DNA from: a virus | Strand: one strand, 5' to 3' | UHGV virus genome: UHGV-0209654 | Length of the DNA stretch: 41,774 nucleotides | Shown here: in pieces, positions 1 through 7,330 of the stretch | Numbering within the stretch: position 1 is the stretch's first letter | Layout of the letters: the number at the start of each line of letters is the position of its first letter | The notes under the pieces: model-generated | Seen by the model: only the letters and a program-made list of their open reading frames with translations | Databases searched by the model: none | What the model was told of the DNA's origin: nothing | Position numbers and translations under genes: made by a program

Positions 1-6
1 ATACTA

Positions 7-432
7 ATGGGATTATATGAACAGATACGAGACATCGCAAAAAGTAAAGGTTACTCCGTTAATAAACTTGAAAAGGAATTAGGTTTTGCCAGAAGCTCTA
101 TTAACAAATTTAATAAAAATAAACCTAGTGTTGAAAAGCTGCAACAAATTGCTGACTTACTTGAGGTCTCTCTTGACTACCTACTATCAAATACAGATGA
201 AACCATAAAAGAAAAAGCCCCAACGCTTACCGCCCGGGACGAAAGAGATATTGAAAAAATATTAAACAATACTCGCGAACAGCTTCTTTCCCAGGAAGGT
301 CTGATGTTTGATGGTGATCCAGCAAGCCCAGAAGCTATTGACTCTATTCTTTCTGCAATGCAAATCGGTATGGAAATGGCTAAAAAGAAAAACAAGGAAA
401 AGTACACCCCTAAAAAATATAAGAAGGATTAG
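7..432 (+). CDS. XRE-family HTH transcriptional repressor (ImmR/CI-like, 141 aa)
   Basis: N-terminal Cro/CI-type HTH (KGYSVNKLEKELGFARSSINKFNKNKPSVEKLQQIADLLEVSLDYLL). Immediately followed by ImmA-type peptidase. Same strand as integrase, as in immR-immA-int modules. Confidence 0.8.
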   Translation: MGLYEQIRDIAKSKGYSVNKLEKELGFARSSINKFNKNKPSVEKLQQIADLLEVSLDYLLSNTDETIKEKAPTLTARDERDIEKILNNTREQLLSQEGLMFDGDPASPEAIDSILSAMQIGMEMAKKKNKEKYTPKKYKKD

Positions 433-435
433 CCT

Positions 436-858
436 ATGGATATAAAGAAAAAGGCTGACGCTTTGGTCCGCAAGCACCAGACACGTAACCCCTTTGAACT
501 TATTCTAGGACTTAATGTTATCCTTGTCTTTGCCCCGTTGACAGGAGTACGTGGGTTTTACCAATATTTTCAAAGAAATAATATCATCTATATAGATGAG
601 AATCTGCCACCACACGAACAGGCTTTTGTTTGTGCTCATGAGCTTGGACATATGTTTCTGCATAAAAAAGCCAATGCTATTTTTATGGATACACGTACGC
701 ATTTCAATACTCACCGATACGAATTGGAAGCAAATAAGTTTGCAATGGATTTTCTTGTCGGAGACGATGCTCTTTCTGAATATCAGGAATATACCACAGA
801 TCAGCTTGCACGGATTTTGGGGTATCAGAAAGAACTTATAGAATTAAGGTTGAAATGA
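436..858 (+). CDS. ImmA/IrrE-family zinc metallopeptidase (anti-repressor protease)
   Basis: HEXXH motif (CAHELGHMFLH) with downstream Glu (YELEANKF). 4-nt gap after XRE gene. Classic XRE-ImmA pair. Confidence 0.8.
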   Translation: MDIKKKADALVRKHQTRNPFELILGLNVILVFAPLTGVRGFYQYFQRNNIIYIDENLPPHEQAFVCAHELGHMFLHKKANAIFMDTRTHFNTHRYELEANKFAMDFLVGDDALSEYQEYTTDQLARILGYQKELIELRLK

Positions 859-882
859 TTTTTTGCATATGAGGATATTATT

Positions 883-1740
883 ATGGATAAAATAATTACT
901 ATGCCACCTGCATTAAACATTAACAAAGATGCCTATCAATTTTTAGGGAAATTGCAATATGATATTTATTCTTGTGAAGAACCTTCTATTGTATTAGACT
1001 TCACTCCCTGCACATTTTCAGATGCTGCATTTACTGCCTATTTTGGCGCACTAAGATCATTAGCTCAAAAATGGGAAAAAAATGTTAAGTTTAAAACTAC
1101 AGCTGGTAATCTTCAACGTTATTTCCTTAATTCAGGCTTATATGACCACTTTACTTCATCAACAATAAAACACGCAAACAAAAACTCTATTCCATTCACA
1201 CAAGTAAACTTAGACGATGATAGTCTAGTGGATTATATTGGAAATATTCTTGATCTTGCCCCTATTACTTTAAGCGAAAAATGTCGTGATTCATTATTCA
1301 AGAATATATATGAAATATTTACTAATGCAGTAGAACATTCCAATTCTCAGTTTGGTGTTTTTGCATGCGGCCATTGGATGCCAACTAAAAAAAAGCTTGT
1401 TTTCTCTGTTTGCGATACCGGGCTCGGTATACCGCGAACAATAAAAAGAACAAATTCAACATTTTCTTCCAACCAGGCTCTGCTGTGGGCTTTAAAACGA
1501 GGCAATTCCACCAAGCAGTTATCCGATGGTGTTCCACGAGGACTTGGCTTATCTGATCTAAAAGATTTTATTAAATTAAACAATGGAGATTTGAATATTT
1601 TTACAAATGATATATACTACAATTGTTCTACCGAAGAAACTACAACTTCTCTGCGTTATGATATTCTTGGAACTTTAATAACCCTTACCATCACCGCAGA
1701 TTATAACCATGTGTATATATTAAAGGAGGAACGCTCATGA
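883..1740 (+). CDS. GHKL/HATPase_c-type ATPase (anti-sigma-factor-like Ser kinase fold), 285 aa; cargo module 1, component A
   Basis: Bergerat-fold motifs: N-box NAVEHSNS, G1 box VCDTGLGIP, G2 box GLGLSDL. RBS GAGGAT 9 nt upstream. AT-rich relative to phage backbone. Confidence 0.6.
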   Translation: MDKIITMPPALNINKDAYQFLGKLQYDIYSCEEPSIVLDFTPCTFSDAAFTAYFGALRSLAQKWEKNVKFKTTAGNLQRYFLNSGLYDHFTSSTIKHANKNSIPFTQVNLDDDSLVDYIGNILDLAPITLSEKCRDSLFKNIYEIFTNAVEHSNSQFGVFACGHWMPTKKKLVFSVCDTGLGIPRTIKRTNSTFSSNQALLWALKRGNSTKQLSDGVPRGLGLSDLKDFIKLNNGDLNIFTNDIYYNCSTEETTTSLRYDILGTLITLTITADYNHVYILKEERS

Positions 1741-2090
1741 CTACAATAACAATTTCAAATATTTCAAAAGAAGCAGCATCAAAAACTAAAGGTATTTTAT
1801 TAAAAGAACAATTAATTCCTCTTATCGAACAACATGAAGCTGAAATATGCGTTGATTTTTCGGGAATTTCAAGGTTTGCATCACCTTTTTTTAATAATAG
1901 TTTTGCTGCCCTTGCTTTAATCTATGGTTTTCAAACCATTGACAATATTAAAATAAGTAATCTCAGTGAAGTTGGACGCGATACCTATCAGACATCAATA
2001 GCTAATGCCAAGATTATTTCAGAAAATCAGACACAAATAAATGAAATTAACCAAATTATCGATACTGCACCAAAGAAGGTACTCCCATGA
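1737..2090 (+). CDS. STAS-like small protein (DUF4325-like, 117 aa); cargo module 1, component B
   Basis: Size and pattern (ICVDFSGISRFASPFFNNSF) resemble STAS-like DUF4325 proteins that pair with GHKL ATPases. Start overlaps upstream stop (ATGA), i.e. translationally coupled. Confidence 0.5.
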   Translation: MTTITISNISKEAASKTKGILLKEQLIPLIEQHEAEICVDFSGISRFASPFFNNSFAALALIYGFQTIDNIKISNLSEVGRDTYQTSIANAKIISENQTQINEINQIIDTAPKKVLP

Positions 2091-2683
2091 TGCAATGCAA
2101 TAAAATTATCAATATTGAAACTTTTTCTTCCATTAATAACAACAAAGCGTTTTTCTTAGATACTAATGTGCTTTATTGGTATGTATATCCTCGATGCGGA
2201 ATACAAAGCGATTCCCGTTTAAAAATTCAAGCTACGCCGTATTATGACTTCGTTGACAAACTTGTTGCTGATGGAAATCCACTCTTCACTTCCATTTATA
2301 ATATAACAGAAATGCTACATGTTATCGAAAAAAGAGAGTACGATTTATTCAAGCTTGGGCATCCCGAAGCTGAGTGGAGCATAAAAGACATTCGAAGAAT
2401 GCCAAAAGAAAGGGAAGCCTTAAAAAGAAATTTATGTACTGCAATGTCTAATGTAAACAATATTTGTAATGTCATGGATTTTAATTTTACTTATTCCATT
2501 CTAAATCAATTTGTATTAGATTTAGAAAAACACCATTGTGATACATTTGATTATGCAATATTAAAAAACTGCATTAAAGAACAACAGCTAAATGTTATTT
2601 CCGATGACAGTGATTTTACTACCATGCATAAGATAAATCTTTTCACAGCCAACGCAACAGCTTTAAATTCATTTAAAAATTGA
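2087..2683 (+). CDS. PIN-domain nuclease (198 aa); cargo module 1, putative effector
   Basis: N-terminal PIN signature FFLDTNVLYWY. Further acidic residues including C-terminal ISDDSDF. Start overlaps upstream stop (coupled). Confidence 0.55.
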   Translation: MMQCNKIINIETFSSINNNKAFFLDTNVLYWYVYPRCGIQSDSRLKIQATPYYDFVDKLVADGNPLFTSIYNITEMLHVIEKREYDLFKLGHPEAEWSIKDIRRMPKEREALKRNLCTAMSNVNNICNVMDFNFTYSILNQFVLDLEKHHCDTFDYAILKNCIKEQQLNVISDDSDFTTMHKINLFTANATALNSFKN

Positions 2684-2693
2684 TCACAAAATG

Positions 2694-2740
2694 CAAAACC
2701 GCCCGGTGCTACCAACACCGAACGGCTTTACATAGATTTT
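2694..2740 (+). terminator. Possible intrinsic terminator after the 3-gene cargo operon
   Basis: Imperfect GC-rich stem AAACCGCCCGGTG...CACCGAACGGCTTT followed by a moderately T-rich tail. Confidence 0.3.
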
Positions 2741-2875
2741 CTCTTGCCAGTCTCCCGGCCAGATATAAATCAGACTTGAACACCTGAATTATATCATCTC
2801 CAGAACTTCTGCGCAAGGGGCGTCTTTTTTGTACCCATTTTTCATAAAATAAAGCAAATACCAGGAGATGATAAC

Positions 2876-4402
2876 ATGAAAAAAGAAGAAGACACTGTAA
2901 AAACAGCTGCGCTCTACATCCGCGTCAGCACCGATAAACAGGAAGAACTGTCCCCGGACTCCCAGAGGCGCCTGCTCTTAGACTATGCCAAAAGCCACAA
3001 TATGATCGTGTCCAACCAGCACATCTACACGGAAAATGGTATTTCCGGCCGGAAGGCGGATAAGCGGCCAAAGTTCCAACAGATGATCGCTGCCGCCAAG
3101 TCTGACGAGCATCCCTTTGATGTGATCCTGCTGTGGAAGTTTTCCAGGTTCGCCCGCAATCAGGAAGAAAGCATCGTCTATAAGTCCATGCTGCGGAATA
3201 AATGCCATGTGGATGTGGTCAGTATCTCCGAGCCACTGATTGAAGGCCCATTCGGCGGCCTGATCGAGCGCATTATTGAGTGGATGGATGAATTTTACTC
3301 TATCCGACTTTCCGGTGATGTTACCAGGGGAATGACAGAGAATGCTCTGCGTGGTGCCTACCAGTGTCGGCCGCCTCTGGGATACCGCATTCCCCACCAC
3401 AAAGCTACTCCGGAGATCATTCCAGAAGAAGCCGCCATCGTTCAGCTGATCTTCGATAAATATGTAAATGAAAAGATGTCCTTATTCGCTCTAACCAAAT
3501 ATCTGAATGCCCAGGGATACAAAACCAGCCGTGGAAAACCCTTTGAAAAGCGTTCCCTGGAGTACATTATCCAAAATCCCGGCTATGCAGGAGATATCCG
3601 CTGGAACCGGACCATAAACGAAACCAATGAAATACGTGATCGGTCTGAGTGGATCATCCGTCCCGGTCACCACCCGGCTATTATCAGCAAAGAACTCTTT
3701 GAGCAGGCTCAAGAGCGTTTTAATAAAGAATACACACCCAGAAATGCCAAGCCTTCCGAAGTGACCAAGCATTGGCTCTCAGGGCTTCTAAAATGCTCCG
3801 GCTGTGGTCGGTCCCTTTCTTCCTGCGTAGTCCACAGAAAGTCACTACCGGATACTTTCTATTTCCAGTGCTACGGATACTTAAAAGGCAAATGTTCCAC
3901 TAACTGCTATGTCAATGAAAGTGTGATCGGCCCTGCTGTTTTAAACGCTCTTAAGGATGCCCTTAACAACGGATCCGTTTCTTACTCCCTGCGCCAGCGT
4001 CAGACAGACCATGCTCCAGATGCTGAAATTAAAAATATTGAAAAGAAATTGTCTCGACTGGACTCAAAGGAACTTCGTGCAAAAGAAGCTTACATAGATG
4101 GAATTGACACCATAGAAGAATACCGGGCTAACAAAGAACGTATCAGCCAGGAACGAACAGAACTGGAAGAACAGCTAGCTAAACTCACCCAGGTACCAGA
4201 AGAACCGGAAGACAATACCAGGAAAATGCTGCAGAGCATCTCCTCTATCCTGGACATCCTGCAGTCTGACTCCTTCACTCCCCAGGAGAAAAATGCAGCC
4301 CTGAAAAGCATTGTAGAGAAGATCACCTACGACCGGGCTAACAGTCACATTGACGTAGATTTTTATTTGACCGAAAATCCAGAAATGCCCGCAAACCCTT
4401 GA
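2876..4402 (+). CDS. Large serine recombinase (phage integrase), 508 aa
   Basis: N-terminal resolvase catalytic domain (ALYIRVSTDKQ...S...R). Recombinase domain and Cys-rich zinc-ribbon region (CSGCGRS...C...C). C-terminal coiled coil. RBS AGGAG. Confidence 0.9.
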   Translation: MKKEEDTVKTAALYIRVSTDKQEELSPDSQRRLLLDYAKSHNMIVSNQHIYTENGISGRKADKRPKFQQMIAAAKSDEHPFDVILLWKFSRFARNQEESIVYKSMLRNKCHVDVVSISEPLIEGPFGGLIERIIEWMDEFYSIRLSGDVTRGMTENALRGAYQCRPPLGYRIPHHKATPEIIPEEAAIVQLIFDKYVNEKMSLFALTKYLNAQGYKTSRGKPFEKRSLEYIIQNPGYAGDIRWNRTINETNEIRDRSEWIIRPGHHPAIISKELFEQAQERFNKEYTPRNAKPSEVTKHWLSGLLKCSGCGRSLSSCVVHRKSLPDTFYFQCYGYLKGKCSTNCYVNESVIGPAVLNALKDALNNGSVSYSLRQRQTDHAPDAEIKNIEKKLSRLDSKELRAKEAYIDGIDTIEEYRANKERISQERTELEEQLAKLTQVPEEPEDNTRKMLQSISSILDILQSDSFTPQEKNAALKSIVEKITYDRANSHIDVDFYLTENPEMPANP

Positions 4403-4470
4403 TTTATGCGGGTTTGCGGGCATCTATACGCACTGGCAATTTGGTTGACCAGATTGTAAGTGCGTATAGG
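4385..4470. other. Candidate attP region: 14-bp GC-rich inverted repeat spanning the int stop codon, then an 11-bp inverted repeat pair with 24-bp spacer
   Basis: ATGCCCGCAAACCC(4385-4398)/GGGTTTGCGGGCAT(4410-4423). CTATACGCACT(4424-4434)/AGTGCGTATAG(4459-4469). Sits between int and the lysis genes, the canonical attP position. Confidence 0.35.
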
Positions 4471-4570
4471 GGATTTTTCCTTAGATTTTGGCAGAATTTT
4501 TCTATATTTTCATCATAAATCAGGTGTTGAAATTTGGCAAGATATAACCGATGATCAGATGTGTGATTTT

Positions 4571-5338
4571 CTATTTTACAAGGCCTGGATACTGTAAGGC
4601 GCCGTCCTGATCCGGTGTCAATGTTACCGGATCCGTTGCCATGCGGCCGTCTTGATCCAGGTAGTACCACTTGCCGTTAATCGTCTGCAGGCCTTTAAGC
4701 ATAGCACCATCAGATCCAAGGTAATACCAAGACCCTTTGTACTGGTACCAGGTGTCATGGACCATCATGCCGGCACCGTTGAACCAATACCAGAGTTCTC
4801 CATCCTTGTGCCAGTCATTAGAAACATATTTTCCTGAGCCGTCTTTTAAATAGAAGCGCCGGCCTCCATTTTCCTGCTGCCAACCTGTTTTTACTGTAAC
4901 GGGAGTTAAAAAGAGCTTCCTCTCTTCCTGACGTCTGCGGATGAGGCCAGATAATACCTTTCCGCCAGCTTTATTATACTCCAGGATTTTGGCTGCTATC
5001 TCAGAACGGGTACGAGTACCTTTAGCCGTCAATCCGTCAATACTTCCGATGTTATACGCAAAAGATACCAAGGCATCAAACTCTGGCTGCGTCCAGTTGT
5101 AAGCACTATACTTGTCCACTTTTGGACCATACTTTTTATCAACAGACTGGCGCAACCATTCATCTGCCGTTTCCTGGCTGATCCGCAGACCTTGGCAGAT
5201 TGTTGTTCCGGTGATTGCTTTGTCTGCGTTTGTGGTGCCGTATCCGATGGTCCAGACACCTACGGTATCCTGGTAGGCGGTCAGGCGGCAGCCTTCAAAT
5301 TTTTTTATGAGATTTAATCCATTATCTGATATTTTCAT
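4571..5338 (-). CDS. Endolysin: GH24 lysozyme domain + C-terminal cell-wall-binding (choline-binding-like YG) repeats
   Basis: FEGCRLTAYQDTVGVWTIGYG catalytic E/D/T triad region. C-terminal repeats WYYLGSDGAML / KWYYLDQDGRM. Confidence 0.85.
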   Translation of the reverse strand: MKISDNGLNLIKKFEGCRLTAYQDTVGVWTIGYGTTNADKAITGTTICQGLRISQETADEWLRQSVDKKYGPKVDKYSAYNWTQPEFDALVSFAYNIGSIDGLTAKGTRTRSEIAAKILEYNKAGGKVLSGLIRRRQEERKLFLTPVTVKTGWQQENGGRRFYLKDGSGKYVSNDWHKDGELWYWFNGAGMMVHDTWYQYKGSWYYLGSDGAMLKGLQTINGKWYYLDQDGRMATDPVTLTPDQDGALQYPGLVK

Positions 5339-5353
5339 AGCATTTCCTTTCTA

Positions 5354-5367
5354 TTGCGACGTCACAA
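5354..5367. repeat. Palindrome copy A (TTGCGACGTCACAA, 1 mismatch to TTGCGACGTCGCAA), 14 nt upstream of endolysin RBS
   Basis: Read directly. Lies in the 70-bp gap between the ORF6N gene stop and the endolysin start. Confidence 0.9.
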
Positions 5368-5407
5368 TTAAAAGAGCGCCCCTCTATATGAAGGACGCCC
5401 CAAAAAC

Positions 5408-5965
5408 TTACATTAATTGTCTTTTCATTTTTTCGGCTAACACACTGGTTGCTGCTTTTTTTATTGCTTTACTATGGCCTATTCGAAATGCTTTTTCCAT
5501 TTCATCTAAAGCCTCTAAAGGGAGCATTTCCAAAACCTCTCGAAACAAAGGTGCTATATCATACCCTTCCTTAACCTGTTCTACCGTTTTTGCTGGAACC
5601 GGTACTATTTCCTTTTTCTCTGGTCGTTTTTCCTTGGCCCGAAAATAAAAATCAACCAGGTAATCATATACTTCCCATGCTTTGTCCGTGTTTAAGGACT
5701 TAGCATGAAGAAGAGCTCCTTTTTCAGTCCAGAGGTATAGGTGAGATGTCCTATTTGCGACCAGGTGAACATTATTCACCTGGTTCTTGAAAGCTCTCAA
5801 CTCATCACCTGTAAGTGATATGTAATGTTTTCCTTCAACAAAGCGTTCTCTATTATTAGAGAAATTCTTTTTTATCACACCTGGAGTAGTTCCATATTCT
5901 TCAGCAATTTGTTTACTGGTTAAAACTCTAATTTCTTTTACTTCTACTGTCTGCGGTAACTGCAT
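5408..5965 (-). CDS. ORF6N-domain protein (phage antirepressor-like N-terminal domain), 185 aa
   Basis: N-terminal region (IRVLTSKQIAEEYGTTPGVIKKNFSNNRERFVEGKHY) resembles ORF6N/KilA-N-type phage-associated DNA-binding domains. RBS GAAAGGAG. Own promoter with TATAAT. Confidence 0.5.
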   Translation of the reverse strand: MQLPQTVEVKEIRVLTSKQIAEEYGTTPGVIKKNFSNNRERFVEGKHYISLTGDELRAFKNQVNNVHLVANRTSHLYLWTEKGALLHAKSLNTDKAWEVYDYLVDFYFRAKEKRPEKKEIVPVPAKTVEQVKEGYDIAPLFREVLEMLPLEALDEMEKAFRIGHSKAIKKAATSVLAEKMKRQLM

Positions 5966-5996
5966 GATAAAACTCCTTTCAAATTTTAGTTCTTGA

Positions 5997-6040
5997 AAGA
6001 AGTTTCCTGCTGCATTATAATATTTACAGAAGGAAACTTC
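5997..6040 (-). promoter_or_regulatory. Promoter/operator for ORF6N gene: 11-bp inverted repeat AGAAGTTTCCT/AGGAAACTTCT bracketing a TATAAT box
   Basis: IR arms 5997-6007 and 6030-6040. 22-bp spacer contains ATTATAAT, about 50 nt upstream of the start at 5965. Confidence 0.4.
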
Positions 6041-6046
6041 TACCCA

Positions 6047-6093
6047 AAACAGTCGTGTGTGCTTTGGTCGGTGCTACGACTGTTTTATTTTTC
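6047..6093. terminator. Bidirectional intrinsic terminator (stem AAAACAGTCGT/ACGACTGTTTT) overlapping the RHH gene stop
   Basis: 11-bp stem, T-tract ATTTTTC on + and UUUUG on the - strand reading. Separates the RHH transcript from the ORF6N gene. Confidence 0.5.
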
Positions 6094-6249
6094 TACTAAC
6101 TTCTTAATCCCTCGACTTATTGCCTCTGTTCTGTTCACACCTTCTTCTTCACAATATTTTTCCAATATTTCTTTATCCTCATTACTTATGCGAATACTCA
6201 ATTTATTCGGTCTGGGATTATCCGTTGGTCTGCCTGTCCTTGGACTCAT
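6085..6249 (-). CDS. Ribbon-helix-helix (CopG/Arc-like) small DNA-binding protein, 54 aa (not in ORF track, <60 aa)
   Basis: MSPRTGRPTDNPRPNKLSIRISNEDKEILEKYCEEEGVNRTEAISRGIKKLVEK: beta-strand then two helices. RBS GAGGTGAG 6 nt upstream. Confidence 0.55.
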   Translation of the reverse strand: MSPRTGRPTDNPRPNKLSIRISNEDKEILEKYCEEEGVNRTEAISRGIKKLVEK

Positions 6250-6266
6250 ATTCTCACCTCACTTTT

Positions 6267-6309
6267 GTCGGGCATAAATTTATTATATATTATGTCGGGC
6301 AAAAGTCAA
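6267..6309 (-). promoter_or_regulatory. Sigma-A-type promoter for RHH gene (TTGACT-N16-TATAAT) with two direct repeats TGCCCGACA (candidate autoregulatory operators)
   Basis: -35 at 6304-6309 and -10 at 6282-6287 on the - strand. Direct repeats at 6267-6275 and 6293-6301 flank the -10. Confidence 0.5.
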
Positions 6310-6336
6310 GGGATTTTTTCTCTTACAAATGGTATC

Positions 6337-6365
6337 TTGAAAAGATTTTCTGCATATGCTATAAT
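6337..6365 (+). promoter_or_regulatory. Consensus promoter TTGAAA-N17-TATAAT driving a short + strand transcript (candidate antitoxin sRNA)
   Basis: -35 at 6337-6342, -10 at 6360-6365. Divergent from, and about 28 nt away from, the RHH promoter. Confidence 0.5.
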
Positions 6366-6371
6366 GCCGTT

Positions 6372-6454
6372 AGGCAAAAAGAAATAAGTTTCCATGTTGG
6401 ACACAAAAGCGAAAGCCCCTGAGTGGTCGAGACTCAGGGGCTTTCTTCCTTTTT
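6372..6454 (+). ncRNA. Candidate approx 80-nt sRNA (RNA II-like type I antitoxin) ending at the terminator
   Basis: From predicted TSS to the intrinsic terminator. Contains AAAGAAAUAAGUUUCCAUGUUGGACAC, nearly identical to the + strand sequence across the toxin SD/start (6558-6590), hence antisense to the toxin TIR. Confidence 0.45.
6412..6454. terminator. Strong bidirectional intrinsic terminator (AAAGCCCCTGAGT...ACTCAGGGGCTTT + T-tract)
   Basis: 13-bp GC-rich stem followed by CTTCCTTTTT on +. Minus-strand reading gives stem + CGCUUUUGUGU. Shared by the convergent toxin mRNA and sRNA. Confidence 0.7.
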
Positions 6455-6486
6455 AAGCAGTTAGGCATCTGCAGGCTGGTTACCGA

Positions 6487-6573
6487 CTATTTGCCGCCGT
6501 CCAACCATTTGATGATGTAGTGGCAAACTACACCAGCCGCAACAGCGACAATAAAAGAAATAAGATTTTCCAT
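6487..6573 (-). CDS. Fst/Ldr-like type I toxin peptide, 28 aa (not in ORF track)
   Basis: MENLISFIVAVAAGVVCHYIIKWLDGGK: short polar N-terminus, one TM, charged C-terminus ending WLD..K like Fst-family toxins. RBS AAAGGGGGTG. Extended -10 (TGTTATAAT) upstream. Confidence 0.5.
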   Translation of the reverse strand: MENLISFIVAVAAGVVCHYIIKWLDGGK

Positions 6574-6657
6574 GTCAGACACCCCCTTTCCTTACCGGGT
6601 ATAGGGGCGGTAACCTAGACATTATAACATATGCATGATTTTTATTCTACTGATTTA

Positions 6658-6671
6658 TTGCGACGTCGCAA
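6658..6671. repeat. Palindrome copy B (TTGCGACGTCGCAA, perfect)
   Basis: Read directly. Between holin stop and toxin promoter, just upstream of the -35 region of the toxin promoter. Confidence 0.9.
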
Positions 6672-6722
6672 ATGGCAGCCATGACCCGGACTGCCTGCGG
6701 GAGATAGTCGGATCACCTCCTT

Positions 6723-6986
6723 CTACTTCTTGCTTGCCTGTTTGATGACCTGGTGCGCTCCGGTTGCGGCCAGACCGGATACAATACCAATAGCTGCAGC
6801 GTTGATCACATCTGTGGCTGGAAACTCTGGCATAAGATACATGCCAGCTACTCCCAGGATGCCGCCGGTCAATCCGCATACTACCGGGATAACCTCATCC
6901 TTGACCTTAGTGGTTGCCTTACATGCCATGCCGCCCAGGTAACAGATTGCTGTGATCGCTGTTACGCTTCCAATTCCAAAATCCAT
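6723..6986 (-). CDS. Holin-like membrane protein (87 aa, 2-3 predicted TM segments)
   Basis: Gly/Ala-rich hydrophobic segments (ITAICYLGGMA, LTGGILGVAGMYL, AAIGIVSGLAATGA) and charged C-terminal tail KQASKK. Lysis-cassette context. Confidence 0.55.
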   Translation of the reverse strand: MDFGIGSVTAITAICYLGGMACKATTKVKDEVIPVVCGLTGGILGVAGMYLMPEFPATDVINAAAIGIVSGLAATGAHQVIKQASKK

Positions 6987-6988
6987 AT

Positions 6989-7330
6989 CTATACCTCCTG
7001 TTCTGCCGGCTCATATGGTAAAGCCAGACATCTGTTATAAAGATCTTCTCCGGTTCCATTTCCACCCAATGCTTTATATGGCCTGAACATATACTCCAGA
7101 TTGTCTCTGTCTTCCAAGGTACAATATTTTCTTTTTAAATAAAATGTACATGCCTGGTAAAGACGGTCATGGAGGAGTGCCAGAACTCCTGCATTGATAG
7201 CATTTGTTCTGGCACGTTCTGCCTTTAACTGTTTGGATAATTTATGATATGCTCCAGAAAGCAATACAGAGATGATCCCAAACACCCATGAAACCCAATG
7301 CACAGATATGTACTGCATGATTGATTCCAT
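6989..7330 (-). CDS. Membrane protein, possibly second holin/lysis-associated (113 aa)
   Basis: Single N-terminal TM (WVSWVFGIISVLLSGAY). RBS GGAGGAATAAGTC. Directly upstream of holin. Confidence 0.4.
   Translation of the reverse strand: MESIMQYISVHWVSWVFGIISVLLSGAYHKLSKQLKAERARTNAINAGVLALLHDRLYQACTFYLKRKYCTLEDRDNLEYMFRPYKALGGNGTGEDLYNRCLALPYEPAEQEV

Noticed and set aside
177-477. Antisense ORFs inside the XRE gene (177-407 and 262-477, - strand)
   Set aside because: Shadow ORFs overlapping a well-supported CDS. No RBS and low-complexity translation.
1-2875. Idea that XRE/ImmA plus the 3-gene module form a separate island outside the prophage
   Set aside because: Same strand and tight spacing with the integrase (immR-immA-cargo-int layout). 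Operators at the other window end face this repressor. Most parsimonious as the phage lysogeny module.
4385-4423. GC-rich 14-bp hairpin at the int stop as intrinsic terminator
   Set aside because: No U-tract follows on the + strand. More likely part of att site or RNA structure. Kept only within the attP candidate.
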